Positions 10,363 through 20,856 of a stretch of 64,000 bases of DNA are shown here, in pieces. Made by a program: the position numbers and the translations under genes. Source of the DNA: an uncultured cyanobacterium. GTDB lineage: Bacteria > Cyanobacteriota > Cyanobacteriia > Cyanobacteriales > Nostocaceae. The notes beneath the pieces were generated by a model. The model made no database searches and was not told the origin of the DNA. It saw only the letters and a list, made by a program, of their open reading frames with translations. The DNA is taken from assembly GCA_963706595.1 (NCBI GenBank), contig OY970166.1:2176001-2240000 (forward strand). Reading direction: 5' to 3'. Every line of letters starts with the position of its first letter. Position 1 is the stretch's first letter.

Positions 10363-11232
10363 CTAGACCGACCATTCAGAAAAACTTCTGTTAGTATATT
10401 GGCGCAAACTATCAATATCAGGTTTAAGATGTTCAATCAATCGCTGACGTAAATCTTGGTTTAAAGTCGGTTTCTCAATAGGTTGAGTACAAAGAAAATA
10501 CAAAAATTTATCAGCATAGTCTTTAACAGGAGAGGGAATCAAGTTGATCCCTTTCACCACAGAAGGTCTAATAACGTATTTACCAATTTTTGTTTTTCTT
10601 CTTTTATCCGTTGATTTATGGAGTTTTTCTTGATAGTTAATCGAGTCAACTTGATCAGAAACTCCTAAAAATTGAAAGACAGTCTTTAGGGTTTTTTGAG
10701 GAAAGTGATCTAATTCTTCGGTGGTTATAATTAAAATATTATTAGAAGAGTAATACTGCAAATACTGTTGAAGCTGAAAATAATAATGACTACGAATTAC
10801 ATAATCTTGATTAAAATCAGCCAAAGCGTCATTAATATCTCTGTCTTCTACAGACGCAGCATAACGATTAAGATAATGAGAAATCATTCGCTCAATTGGA
10901 TCTCTTAAAATATAAATGAGTTTAGCATTAGGAATCACAGAGTACATTCTTTGGGGAACACCTTTCCACTTCGGATAGGCAGAATAACTCGGTGAAGTTT
11001 CTCCCCGAATAGGAGCATCACTGTTAAAATGAGATCGATACCATTCCAGTCCTTTTTGCCAATTTTTTTCTTGAATAAAGAAATGCAGTTCTTTAGGGTT
11101 GGATAAATAAATTTGAGGATGGTGATTGAGATAGTGATGAAGACTGGTTGTTCCAGATTTCATAGCACCAATAATTACTAAATTTGGCAAAGTTTCTGAA
11201 GAAATAGGTTTAGAAGCAAGATGTTCGATCAT
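10363..11232 (-). CDS. Sulfotransferase
   Basis: 5'-PSB IGAMKSGTTSL and 3'-PB LRDPIERMIS motifs. Confidence 0.93.
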   Translation of the reverse strand: MIEHLASKPISSETLPNLVIIGAMKSGTTSLHHYLNHHPQIYLSNPKELHFFIQEKNWQKGLEWYRSHFNSDAPIRGETSPSYSAYPKWKGVPQRMYSVIPNAKLIYILRDPIERMISHYLNRYAASVEDRDINDALADFNQDYVIRSHYYFQLQQYLQYYSSNNILIITTEELDHFPQKTLKTVFQFLGVSDQVDSINYQEKLHKSTDKRRKTKIGKYVIRPSVVKGINLIPSPVKDYADKFLYFLCTQPIEKPTLNQDLRQRLIEHLKPDIDSLRQYTNRSFSEWSV

Positions 11233-11246
11233 AGTTTTTAATAAGA

Positions 11247-12119
11247 TTAAAAAAATATCTTCTGAAAAGGTGAAGCCATTCGACTTAAAGTATGAATAGG
11301 ATGAATTTTCATTGCTTCTTTAATACTTTTTAAAGCAATTAAACGTTGTCCTAATTTATAAGAAATAATTGCATGATCATACAAGAAATTAGCAAACATT
11401 TTCGGATGAGCTTCAAACAGTAATCGGTGCTTAGTCAATAAACGATTAAAATTCAGTTGTCGTTTATTAGCATCAAGAGAAACTCTGGGTTCTTGATGGT
11501 CAAATAGTTGATAAGTAACAATCGGTAATCCTTGAATTGAACACACTTGATTAAGCCTTAAAAAGAGTTCTGTATGGATACGAGAAGTAAAATTTTCATC
11601 AAACCCTCCAATATCCAAAAGGACTTTTTTTTCAACCACCATCGTCTGTTTACAAAAGAATGATTGATCGGGTTCAATTTCTTCGAGACTAAAATGAGAG
11701 CCTTTGGGTAAACTAGGGGGGATGCGAGTTTGCCTAACTTTTCCGTCTTTTCCTATCACTTCTAAAGCTGAAAGAAGAGCAACCGGTTCAGGTAAGCTAG
11801 TTTGATTAAGGGTATCTAAAGAAACCTGAGCCATGTGGGGGAGTAAACAGTCGTCATCATCCAAATAAGTAATCCACTGTCCTCTAGCTTCTCTTGCTCC
11901 GATATTGCGTGCAGCCGAACCTCCTCGGTTTTCTAGCAAGCGAATCACCCTAAGCCGTTCATTTTCTCCTAAATTCACTGGACTTGAAGAAGCGTCATCA
12001 ACTACAATGACTTCAAGTTGCTTGAAGGTTTGTCCCAATGCACTATTGACAGCACGAGGCAGGAGATGAGGACGATTATAAGTGGGAATAATAATACTTA
12101 ATAGCGGATTTGTCATCAT
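11247..12119 (-). CDS. Glycosyltransferase family 2
   Basis: SIIIPTYNR, VDDAS, YLDDDD. Confidence 0.92.
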   Translation of the reverse strand: MMTNPLLSIIIPTYNRPHLLPRAVNSALGQTFKQLEVIVVDDASSSPVNLGENERLRVIRLLENRGGSAARNIGAREARGQWITYLDDDDCLLPHMAQVSLDTLNQTSLPEPVALLSALEVIGKDGKVRQTRIPPSLPKGSHFSLEEIEPDQSFFCKQTMVVEKKVLLDIGGFDENFTSRIHTELFLRLNQVCSIQGLPIVTYQLFDHQEPRVSLDANKRQLNFNRLLTKHRLLFEAHPKMFANFLYDHAIISYKLGQRLIALKSIKEAMKIHPIHTLSRMASPFQKIFF

Positions 12120-13321
12120 TAAAATCTTATTGGAGAAAGATAATTACTTCGGATTTCTTGATAAATCTCTAAAAAATGTTCAGTCCGACGATCCTCACTA
12201 AAGTAATTAATTGCTCGTTTTCTACCTGCGTGACCCATTTTTTCAGCTAAATCTCGGTCTTTTAAGATAGATAAAACTGCCGTTGATAAAGCCTCCTCAT
12301 CATTGGAGGGAACTAACAACCCTGTTACCCCATCTTCAATAATCTCAGGTTGCGCCCCGACTGCACTAGCAACAACTGCCGTTCCTCGCATCATGGCTTC
12401 TGTTGTCACATTGCCAAAGGGTTCATCCCAAATCGAAGGAACAACCTGCACCCAAGCACAATTAAAAGCTGTTTCTAGATCAGATCGAGTTAAATAGCCT
12501 AACCAAGTCACATTGTCACTAATTCCTAATTCTTGAGTTAGTTGATGTAAGTTAGCTTTTTCTTTACCTTCACCAGCAATTAGTAACCTAGCATTTGGTA
12601 GAATTGAAATTACTTTTTTAAAGGCTTGTAAAAGAATATCAACTCCCTTTTCTGAGGATAATCTTCCAGCAAAGGCAACTGTGGGAGGATTAGTCAGTGG
12701 TGGTCGAATTTCTCTGTATGGCACGCCATTATAAACTACTTGAACAGGAGAAATGCCTTCTGTTTCAAGTCTGGTTTTCATTCGATGACTTAACGCCACC
12801 ACTGTATCAAACGCATTACGCCAACGTAACCATAATTGACGCTGTATCATTAAAAATAGCCAAGACTGAGGCGTAACACAACCCATGTTTAAACAAGCTT
12901 TCCCTGCCTGATGATAACAAGGACTGCCATCGGGTAACATCTTCGTTCCGACGGGGCAAATTGGTCGGTAAAGGGCGGTTTGATAGACACTGGGAAAGGG
13001 TTTAAGTAAAGGTAGAATTAAGGGGGACAATTGGGTGAAAAACAAGCGAACATGAACAACATCCGGTTTAAATTCCCGTAAAACTTTTTTCAGCTTAAAA
13101 TAACTCGACAGGTTAGCGGTTTCCACTACCACCTCTAAGCGAGAATTCGTGCCAAAACAATGATAATCAGCCAATAAGGGACTATTTTCAACCGGGATGC
13201 AGTTACTTGTGAACAAGCGTACCTCATGCCCTTTCTCTCTTAACCCTTCTCTGAGGGATAACATTTGTAATTCTGCTCCACCTGTGGCTGTCCCATAGTC
13301 ATGAATTAAAAGAATTTTCAT
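12119..13321 (-). CDS. Glycosyltransferase family 4
   Basis: AGRLSSEKG and EPFGNVTTEAM (EX7E). Confidence 0.93.
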   Translation of the reverse strand: MKILLIHDYGTATGGAELQMLSLREGLREKGHEVRLFTSNCIPVENSPLLADYHCFGTNSRLEVVVETANLSSYFKLKKVLREFKPDVVHVRLFFTQLSPLILPLLKPFPSVYQTALYRPICPVGTKMLPDGSPCYHQAGKACLNMGCVTPQSWLFLMIQRQLWLRWRNAFDTVVALSHRMKTRLETEGISPVQVVYNGVPYREIRPPLTNPPTVAFAGRLSSEKGVDILLQAFKKVISILPNARLLIAGEGKEKANLHQLTQELGISDNVTWLGYLTRSDLETAFNCAWVQVVPSIWDEPFGNVTTEAMMRGTAVVASAVGAQPEIIEDGVTGLLVPSNDEEALSTAVLSILKDRDLAEKMGHAGRKRAINYFSEDRRTEHFLEIYQEIRSNYLSPIRF

Positions 13322-13324
13322 AGA

Positions 13325-14398
13325 TTAACTATGGGTGGTTACAGAAACAGATACGTTTTCACAGGGATGATCGTTGTCAGAATTGGTATTATTTAACCAC
13401 TGACGAGCATATTGGTCAGTTAGATAGTGATTCATAAGTTTTTCTATGGGAGCAAATAACCCATACATTAGCAATTTGTGTAAAAGTCGATGCTTAATTC
13501 CCAATGTTAGAGAATTAATAATTGGTTGTAAAAGAGTTTTTCTCCGTCGCCATCCTAAGCCTTTATATTTCTGCAAAAAATACATATCTTCTGCAATGTT
13601 CCATTTTTGTCGTAAACGGTTTAAACTTGCTAATTCCCAAGCATCACTCCATCGCAACATATAAAATTTCAAATCTGACAAATTTGGGGTAATTCCTGTT
13701 ACATAGGTGACAATACTTTCTGGTTCAAAATAGACAGTTCCACCATGTTTTCTAACTGTCATACAAAAATCAACGTGTTCTTTTGTATTAAGCATTTTTT
13801 CGTCTAAATATCCCACGTTCTCAAAAATTTCAGTTTTTGCTAACATACAGTGAAATTCACATAATTCTGTTTCTTTACGGGTGAGGGTGGGAAGCATTTT
13901 TTCCACCTTGTGTCCTTGTTTGTACATTTTCTCCCGTAAACGCTTTCTTCCTTTGATATCGGTGAAAATATGGGCTTCTCCCCCGGCAAAATGAATTTGT
14001 TCGTGGACGGGTTCATGCTGACACATTAAAGGTCCGACAATAGTTGCCTCTGTTGCTTCTGCACAGTCGAGTAATTTAGTTAACCATCCCTGAGACACAA
14101 TCACATCATTATCGACAAAGACTACATAGGGAGTAGTCACCCGTTTTAAACCCATGTTCCTTGCTACATTAGGAACAAGATAATGTTCAGTCCGAATTAA
14201 ATCAAATCCTTTTTCCTGGGCTTGACTTTTTAAATAATCTTTAATAGAAGTCGGTGAGCCACCATCAACATAAACTAATTTGAAGGGAATATCGGTATTT
14301 TGATAGATATTCTCTAGGGAAGAGATGGTAAAACTAAAACGTTCTCTAGGAACAACAACCAGAGTGACTTTTGGTTCGATTGGGGTGAATAGCTGCAT
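13325..14398 (-). CDS. Glycosyltransferase family 2
   Basis: YVDGGS, ARNMG, FVDND. Confidence 0.85.
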   Translation of the reverse strand: MQLFTPIEPKVTLVVVPRERFSFTISSLENIYQNTDIPFKLVYVDGGSPTSIKDYLKSQAQEKGFDLIRTEHYLVPNVARNMGLKRVTTPYVVFVDNDVIVSQGWLTKLLDCAEATEATIVGPLMCQHEPVHEQIHFAGGEAHIFTDIKGRKRLREKMYKQGHKVEKMLPTLTRKETELCEFHCMLAKTEIFENVGYLDEKMLNTKEHVDFCMTVRKHGGTVYFEPESIVTYVTGITPNLSDLKFYMLRWSDAWELASLNRLRQKWNIAEDMYFLQKYKGLGWRRRKTLLQPIINSLTLGIKHRLLHKLLMYGLFAPIEKLMNHYLTDQYARQWLNNTNSDNDHPCENVSVSVTTHS

Positions 14399-14464
14399 AT
14401 TTTTTACAGACCTAATAACATCGAATTAAATTTGATTCATGAGTATTTGCACAAATCAGAAGAA

Positions 14465-15940
14465 TTAGCTCACTATTACAGGCTCTTTTTTGCCTTTAGT
14501 CATAAATTCCTCATGATAGGATCGCTCAGTATTGACTGTCCAGAGGTTATGATTTGCGCCCATGATATTCTCAGCCGCTAATAATGCAGACAACATGGAA
14601 TGGTCTTGATTGTTATAACGGTGCATCCCATTACGTCCTACTGATTGTAAGTTCTCAAAACTATCTACATAGTCTTGAATGACGTTTAAATGTTGCTGAT
14701 ATTCACCATCGTAGACAGGATAAGCTTTCTTTTCCCGAATGACAGTCCCATCTTCAATTTTCTTAATATCATCTAGTAAGCCTAAATTGACAATTTCTTT
14801 ACTGGCTAATCTAATTAAATCTTGATCTTCCATTGACCATAAATCATCCCCCTCACTACAAAAATATTCCATTCCTAAGCAAGTTTTACGGGGATCTGGA
14901 ACCATTTTCATACTCCAATTTTTAAAATTCTGAATGCGTCCAACTTTAATTTCTGGACTGTGAATATAAATCCAATTGTCTGGAAAAAGGTCTTCTTGAT
15001 TAATCACTATCGGCACAATCAGAAAATCCCGATATTTCAGACTACGGGCAGCTTTCAGAACATTTTCTGGAGGTAAGGGATCTAGACGGTGCATCAATGC
15101 CGTGATCGGCATGGTATTAATGAATTTATCTCCTGTAATTTCAAAGGTTTCATCACCTTTTTTGGCAATAATCCGAGTAATGCGTTTGTCTTTTCGTTCT
15201 ACTCTGATTACTTCCGTATTTAATAATACGGGTGAACCTTGTTCATTCAATTTTTCTTGAAACCGTTCCCACATCATCCCCGGTCCCAATATGGGATAGT
15301 CAAATTCTTTAATCAGAGTTTTGGTGTCATTACTGCCAAATAAAGCGTTAATTATTGCTTTTGTGAGAGATAATCCTTTAATTCTTTGTGCTGCCCAATC
15401 TGCGCGAATTTGAGTACAGGGAATTCCCCAAACTTTTTCGGTATAGCTTTTGAAAAAGGTTTTATATAATCGTTCTCCAAACCTGTTTATCACCCATTGT
15501 TCAAAATTTTCTTCGATGGGTAAAGGACTGGCTTTGACTTTTAAATAACTATAAATAATCAGCAAAGTTTGGATAATTCCCAAGTTCCACACTGCATTAA
15601 CTGGTTCTAAGGGATAACTAAAAAATTTTCCTTTATAGTAAATGCGAGATAAACGGGGAACTTTAATAAATTCATCTCCTAACACCTCATTCCACAAATT
15701 TTGGACTTGGGTAACTTTGGTAAAAAAGCGATGTCCTCCAATATCAAAGCGATAGCCTTTGTAGGTTTCAGTCCGAGAAATTCCCCCCACGCGATCGCCT
15801 TTTTCCAACACTACAGAATGTAAGCCATGTTTAGCTAATTGATAAGCCGCAGTTAATCCCGCAGGTCCGCCACCAATGACAACACTCAAGGGAAAGTTGT
15901 GGTGGTTATGCTCATGATTACTATTCTTATTTTGTTTCAT
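14465..15940 (-). CDS. FAD-dependent oxidoreductase (protoporphyrinogen oxidase / UDP-galactopyranose mutase-like)
   Basis: IGGGPAGL Rossmann motif, FDIGGHRFF, GRNGMHRYNNQDHS. Confidence 0.88.
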   Translation of the reverse strand: MKQNKNSNHEHNHHNFPLSVVIGGGPAGLTAAYQLAKHGLHSVVLEKGDRVGGISRTETYKGYRFDIGGHRFFTKVTQVQNLWNEVLGDEFIKVPRLSRIYYKGKFFSYPLEPVNAVWNLGIIQTLLIIYSYLKVKASPLPIEENFEQWVINRFGERLYKTFFKSYTEKVWGIPCTQIRADWAAQRIKGLSLTKAIINALFGSNDTKTLIKEFDYPILGPGMMWERFQEKLNEQGSPVLLNTEVIRVERKDKRITRIIAKKGDETFEITGDKFINTMPITALMHRLDPLPPENVLKAARSLKYRDFLIVPIVINQEDLFPDNWIYIHSPEIKVGRIQNFKNWSMKMVPDPRKTCLGMEYFCSEGDDLWSMEDQDLIRLASKEIVNLGLLDDIKKIEDGTVIREKKAYPVYDGEYQQHLNVIQDYVDSFENLQSVGRNGMHRYNNQDHSMLSALLAAENIMGANHNLWTVNTERSYHEEFMTKGKKEPVIVS

Positions 15941-16288
15941 TATTTGATTTTTTTAATTTTCTGGAATTAATAACTCAAAGGCTAATACTCCTGACTGTTC
16001 AATGTATTCTGTTGATTAGATTGCCAGCCCTGAGTAAGCATGAAAAAGTTATCTTCTCACCATCTAAAAGTTGTTTAGTACAACTTGTCAGGTGGAAAAT
16101 TTGCGAAGCATAAATAATTGCTACATCTGCTCCTTAATAGTTCCGGTAACAAGGTTTAGCAGTGAGATTGTTAAGTGGTTTTATTTGTTGTTGGTTATTG
16201 ACTTAAATTTTACCTGTTTGATTTGTCAGTATGCATTAATATACCATAAAGTTTGGTAACTAAAATATACAGCAAAGATAAATGTTTG

Positions 16289-17266
16289 TCAAAACTTCCC
16301 AAGAATTATACTGATGATAAAAGCCGAGCCACTGTAGAAATAGTAACACCAGTGCCAAGGTATAACCTGGACACTAAATATCATGCCTCGCTTGTTGAGA
16401 AAAAAGCGGTACACTGGCAAGTTAATAATTATCAGTAATAAACTAATTATCATGCTGAAAATCAGTAGCGGCTGTAGCCAGAAACTCGCCAATATACTTA
16501 GTAATAAAGAATAAACTAGAATTACACTGACGCGACTAGACCAGCCAAGGTTTAAATCAGAAGGCATTTGTCCTTGACGCAGTATTAATTGAGTCCAGGG
16601 TAATGCGCGATCGCACACATCTGCTTTAATTAAAGAAACTATTCCCCATCGTTTCAAATGTTTAACTTGCAAAGCTTTAACTAGGCGAATTTTGTAACCT
16701 GCTGCTTTAAGTCGATAACCTAACTCAATGTCTTCCACACAAGGACGACGATAATTTTTATCAAAACCGTCCATAGTCAAGAAGATATCACGACGAATTG
16801 CGCCGCAAGCACCCCAAAACGTGAAAGCATCTTCATTGCCATTTTGATGGGTATAATGATGAAAAAGATTTTTGTATTGAGACAGAAAATTGCTTGCTCC
16901 TGGAGCATCATCATAAGAACCAATCAATGCTGCTAGACTTGCATCTTCTGTAAACGCCAATCTTACCTGATTGATGGTATCTGGAGCGATCGCCACATCA
17001 GCGTCCACAAAAAAAAGGATATCTCCTTCAGCCGCAGCTGCACCTAAATTCCTGGCTTGTGCAGGTCCGCCTTTCTCCTCCACATTAATTACCTTAGCTC
17101 CCCAGTCGGCTGCTACTTGCCCAGATTCCGTATCCCCATCCGCTACCACAATCACTTCTGTGGGCTGGGAAATAGACGCGCCCATGCTTGACAAACACTG
17201 GCGGAAACTTTCACCACCATTATGAACCGGAATGATCACCGAAATTGATAGCTGTGTTGGGTTCAT
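16289..17266 (-). CDS. Glycosyltransferase family 2 with C-terminal TM helices
   Basis: [22 protein letters not shown], hydrophobic C-terminus. Confidence 0.92.
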   Translation of the reverse strand: MNPTQLSISVIIPVHNGGESFRQCLSSMGASISQPTEVIVVADGDTESGQVAADWGAKVINVEEKGGPAQARNLGAAAAEGDILFFVDADVAIAPDTINQVRLAFTEDASLAALIGSYDDAPGASNFLSQYKNLFHHYTHQNGNEDAFTFWGACGAIRRDIFLTMDGFDKNYRRPCVEDIELGYRLKAAGYKIRLVKALQVKHLKRWGIVSLIKADVCDRALPWTQLILRQGQMPSDLNLGWSSRVSVILVYSLLLSILASFWLQPLLIFSMIISLLLIIINLPVYRFFLNKRGMIFSVQVIPWHWCYYFYSGSAFIISIILGKF

Positions 17267-17289
17267 TTCTACTTTTACTAGCCTCAGTA

Positions 17290-17502
17290 GTCCCTCGTCA
17301 TTTTACGCCTTTGACGAAGTAGATATGTTTTTAGATGGGGCAAACGTCGAGGGATTAGCTAGAATGATTAAATCAAGAAGCCCAACAAGCGCAATTTATA
17401 GTTGTGAGTTTGCGTCGTCCGATGATAGAATCAGCCGAACGCAGCATTGGCGTTACTCAAGTTTTGGGAATTAAATTAAAATCATCCCATACATCTGCTT
17501 GA
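17290..17502 (+). pseudogene. smc: Orphan duplicate of smc 3' end (right island boundary)
   Basis: Matches 7472-7688 with a few substitutions, a 1-bp insertion and a 21-bp deletion between two ACTCAAG copies; ends ...KLKSSHTSA*. Confidence 0.92.
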
Positions 17503-17560
17503 GTTTTTGTTAATAATAGTGTATAGATAAACCGGATTCGAGATCAGGACTCGGTATAGA

Positions 17561-18550
17561 ATGACCTCTGAACAGATAATTAGGCGTTCCGACATATTAA
17601 ACACCCAGGTGATTACTCGCGACAACGGCAAACGGCTCGGTGTCGTCAATCAGCTTTGGGTTGATATCGATCAAAGAGAGGTTGTGGCAATTGGTCTGCG
17701 AGACAGCCTGATCTCTATTTCGAGTTTGCCACGATATATGTACCTCAGCACCGTCAACCAAATTGGCGATGTAATTCTCGTTGACAACGAAGATGCCATA
17801 GAAGACATCGAAGTTGAAACCTTAAGTAACCTGATTAACTGGGAAGTAATCACAGAAACAGGCGAAGTCTTAGGCAGGGTGCGGGGCTTCAAGTTCAATG
17901 GCGAAACTGGTAAAATTCTCTCTATAGTCATTGCTTCTTTAGGATTACCCCAAATTCCCGACCAATTTCTCAGCACCTACGAATTTTCGGTGGATGAAGT
18001 CGTCAGCACTGGCCCCAGCCGCTTGATTGTCTTTGAAGGAGCCGAAGAACGAGTTAATCAGTTAACAGTGGGTGTACTAGAGCGCTTAGGCATAGGTAAA
18101 GCACCGTGGGAGAGAGAAGCCGAAGAAGAATATGGCTATACTCCGCGTACAGTTTCACCAGCGAATCAGCTACCCAGTGGAGTCCCATTACAACCACCCA
18201 GAACCAGAGTTCGCGCTCCCGAACCTGTAGTTGAGGAAGAATGGACAGAAGACTATGTGGAAGAAGAAATTCCCCAGCGTCAAGTCATGCGGGCGCGACA
18301 GTACGAACCCATTCAATACGAAGACGACGAGGAAGATAACTGGAGTGAAGCCAGTGGTAGGGATAGATATCAAGAACCACCAGCCAGATATGAACCCCAA
18401 CCACCGACTTACAGCAAGCCTTACGCCGACGATTACGACGATTACGACGATTTAGAAGGCGACGCTTGGGAAGATGCACCAAAGCCAGTCAACATTCCCA
18501 AGAAAATCAAAGAAAGACAGCCAGAATACGAAGAAGAAGGCGGATATTAG
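17561..18550 (+). CDS. PRC-barrel domain protein with acidic tail
   Basis: Two PRC-barrel repeats (VITRDNGKRLGVV; VITETGEVLGRV). Confidence 0.88.
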   Translation: MTSEQIIRRSDILNTQVITRDNGKRLGVVNQLWVDIDQREVVAIGLRDSLISISSLPRYMYLSTVNQIGDVILVDNEDAIEDIEVETLSNLINWEVITETGEVLGRVRGFKFNGETGKILSIVIASLGLPQIPDQFLSTYEFSVDEVVSTGPSRLIVFEGAEERVNQLTVGVLERLGIGKAPWEREAEEEYGYTPRTVSPANQLPSGVPLQPPRTRVRAPEPVVEEEWTEDYVEEEIPQRQVMRARQYEPIQYEDDEEDNWSEASGRDRYQEPPARYEPQPPTYSKPYADDYDDYDDLEGDAWEDAPKPVNIPKKIKERQPEYEEEGGY

Positions 18551-18843
18551 GATAATTCGTGAACACGGATCAGACGGATTAAGGGATTTCACGGATTTTA
18601 ATTATGTTAGCAAATAAAAAAAATCTGCGTAATCAGCGTAATCCATATAATCCGCGATCCGGATTTTAGTGTCTGTTGCTATCACAAATAATCTCATCCG
18701 CGCCATCCTTTAATCAGCGTTCGTAGTTCGTAGTTCGTAAACCCTCTTCCTCTTATTCACGCGGAAGGGGGTATTTAATTTCTTAACTCCTCCTCCTCTC
18801 TGCGCCTCTGCGCCTCTGCGTGATATAAATTCTTAATTCAGCA

Positions 18844-19539
18844 GTGCATAAAAAAATTTCGATTATTATCCCCACCTTCAACGAAGCGGCAAATATTGAG
18901 AATGCGATCGCCTCTACTCAACCCAGTACAAATGTAGAATTAATCGTAGTAGATGGTGGCTCACAAGATGATACTCTCAGCATAGCTCAAACATTAGGTG
19001 TAAAAGTTATCTCATCTGCCCCTGGTCGTGCGGCGCAAATGAACGCCGGTGCTATGGCTGCAACTGGCGACATTCTGCTGTTTCTTCATGCCGATACCCG
19101 CCTACCTGCTGGCTTTGATAGCATGGTTCGCAGCGCCCTACAACAGCCGCAAACAGTAGCTGGTGCTTTCTCCTTGCTGATTGATGCCGACTATTGGGCT
19201 TTGCGATGGGTAGAAAAAGGAGTAAACTGGCGATCGCACTTTTATCAAATGCCCTACGGTGATCAAGCAATATTTTTAACAATAGAAATATTCCAAAAAA
19301 TTGGCAAGTTTCCCGAATTACCTATAATGGAAGACTTTGAACTCATCCGGCGTTTAAAACGTATCGGAAAAATTACTATTATTCCAGTACCCATTGTCAC
19401 CTCAGCCCGGAGATGGTTGAAAAAAGGCGTATTTCAAACTACCCTATTAAATCAAATTGTAATTACTGCTTATTTCCTCGGTGTTTCACCCGAACGCATT
19501 CGTCGCTGGTATCGCCAGGAAAAACCTCAGAAATTTTAA
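18844..19539 (+). CDS. GT2 glycosyltransferase, TIGR04283-like (arsenosugar-associated family)
   Basis: GRAAQMNAGA, FLHADT, PYGDQAIF, IMEDFEL, TSARRW. Confidence 0.88.
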   Translation: MHKKISIIIPTFNEAANIENAIASTQPSTNVELIVVDGGSQDDTLSIAQTLGVKVISSAPGRAAQMNAGAMAATGDILLFLHADTRLPAGFDSMVRSALQQPQTVAGAFSLLIDADYWALRWVEKGVNWRSHFYQMPYGDQAIFLTIEIFQKIGKFPELPIMEDFELIRRLKRIGKITIIPVPIVTSARRWLKKGVFQTTLLNQIVITAYFLGVSPERIRRWYRQEKPQKF

Positions 19540-19696
19540 GCTGTTTCTCATATCAGCTTCGTATATTAATAGCAGGTATAACGGATGAAGTACATCATAG
19601 CCCCCTCCTCGCTTGCGGGGAGGGGGTTGGGGGTGGGGTTCTTGTATCTCACTTAACTGATAACCGCTATAGCGATGAAAAATTCAGGTAAATTGC

Positions 19697-20449
19697 ATGG
19701 TTCAAAAACCCAAGCCCCGAACAAATCGTACACTCAAATTTTTAATAATTAGTTTTCTGATTATTACCCTGATTTTCCTAGCCCAATACGTCAACATTCC
19801 AGTAATTTTACATAATTCCATTTTATGGGTGCAAAGTCTTGGTGTATTCGGACCCATTGCTTACATTGTTATTTATAACTTAGCCACAATACTATTTATT
19901 CCTGGTTCTCTCTTAACCCTCAAAGGTGGTTGCTTGTTTGGCTTATTTTGGGGTTCTGTATATGTGTTAACTGCCGCAATTATTGGAGCAATTTTAGCAT
20001 TTATCGTCGGACGCTATTTATCCCGTGATTGGGTTTCGCAACAGATGAATAAACATCCTAAATTTCAAGCCATAGATTTAGCAGTAGCCAAAGAAGGATG
20101 GAAAATTGTCTTACTAACGCGGTTATGTCCCATCTTTCCATTCAACTTATTAAATTATGCTTTTGGAGTCACACAAGTTTCGCTCAAAGACTATATATTA
20201 GGTTCCTTTGGCATTATTCCCGGTACAGTTATGTACGTTTATATGGGTTCTTTAGCAGGTGATTTGGCAATGCTGAACGCAGCCAATCAGCCAACTAATC
20301 CCGAAGCGCAAATCTGGCAATGGGTAATGCAAATAATTGGGTTAATTGCCACTATTGCGATAACTATATATATGACGAAAATTGCTCAAAAAGCTCTTGG
20401 CGAAAGTATGGTGACAGCAGAAATTACTCAAGATAACACTAATGATTAA
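19697..20449 (+). CDS. TVP38/TMEM64 (VTT/DedA-like) membrane protein
   Basis: IVLLTRLCPIFPFNLLNYAFG motif. Confidence 0.9.
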   Translation: MVQKPKPRTNRTLKFLIISFLIITLIFLAQYVNIPVILHNSILWVQSLGVFGPIAYIVIYNLATILFIPGSLLTLKGGCLFGLFWGSVYVLTAAIIGAILAFIVGRYLSRDWVSQQMNKHPKFQAIDLAVAKEGWKIVLLTRLCPIFPFNLLNYAFGVTQVSLKDYILGSFGIIPGTVMYVYMGSLAGDLAMLNAANQPTNPEAQIWQWVMQIIGLIATIAITIYMTKIAQKALGESMVTAEITQDNTND

Positions 20450-20667
20450 TCTTAAAAGTTTAATCAAAGTAATATGATGTGTCGTGAGTAGCTACCAATT
20501 TGGGTTTATAATGAGGATTAATTTCCTGGGGTTGCTGAATGGGAATATAAAATTGGTAAATGAAATCCTTTCAAACTTGATCATTTGTGCCTAATTTTAT
20601 AATATCGTGGTCACGTAGCGTTTCCTAGAAAAGCGCGATCTCGTGACAATAATTTTCGCTGAAGGAG

Positions 20668-20695
20668 TGTAGAGACGTTTCATGAAACGTCTCTA
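20668..20695. repeat. GTAG-type REP-like palindrome
   Basis: GTAGAGACGTTTCATGAAACGTCTCTAC. Relatives at 22848-22875 and 24946-24972. Confidence 0.75.
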
Positions 20696-20856
20696 CAAGG
20701 GTTTTCGGCTCACGAATTTGCTTAACAGAGTAGATTGTATGAGAATAGAAAGTATTGATGTTAGCCTCTAAAATGGAAGCAATTACAAGTTTAACTTGAT
20801 CATTCCCATAAACTAAAAGCAGCAAACTTATTGAAACAGGCCGAGGAAAGTAGATT

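Larger units (their letters stand above)
7689..17289 (-). mobile_element. Genomic island: surface polysaccharide/glycosylation cluster inserted at smc 3' end
   Basis: Flanked by the smc 3'-end duplication, AT-rich, eight co-oriented glycan genes, no integrase. Confidence 0.8.

Noticed and set aside
17232..17474. 80-aa ORF with FDEVD motif
   Set aside because: A chance read-through into the duplicated smc fragment; treated as a pseudogene.
18844..20449. Arsenosugar biosynthesis operon
   Set aside because: Only the GT2 and a TVP38 protein are present; no arsenite methyltransferase or radical SAM gene nearby.
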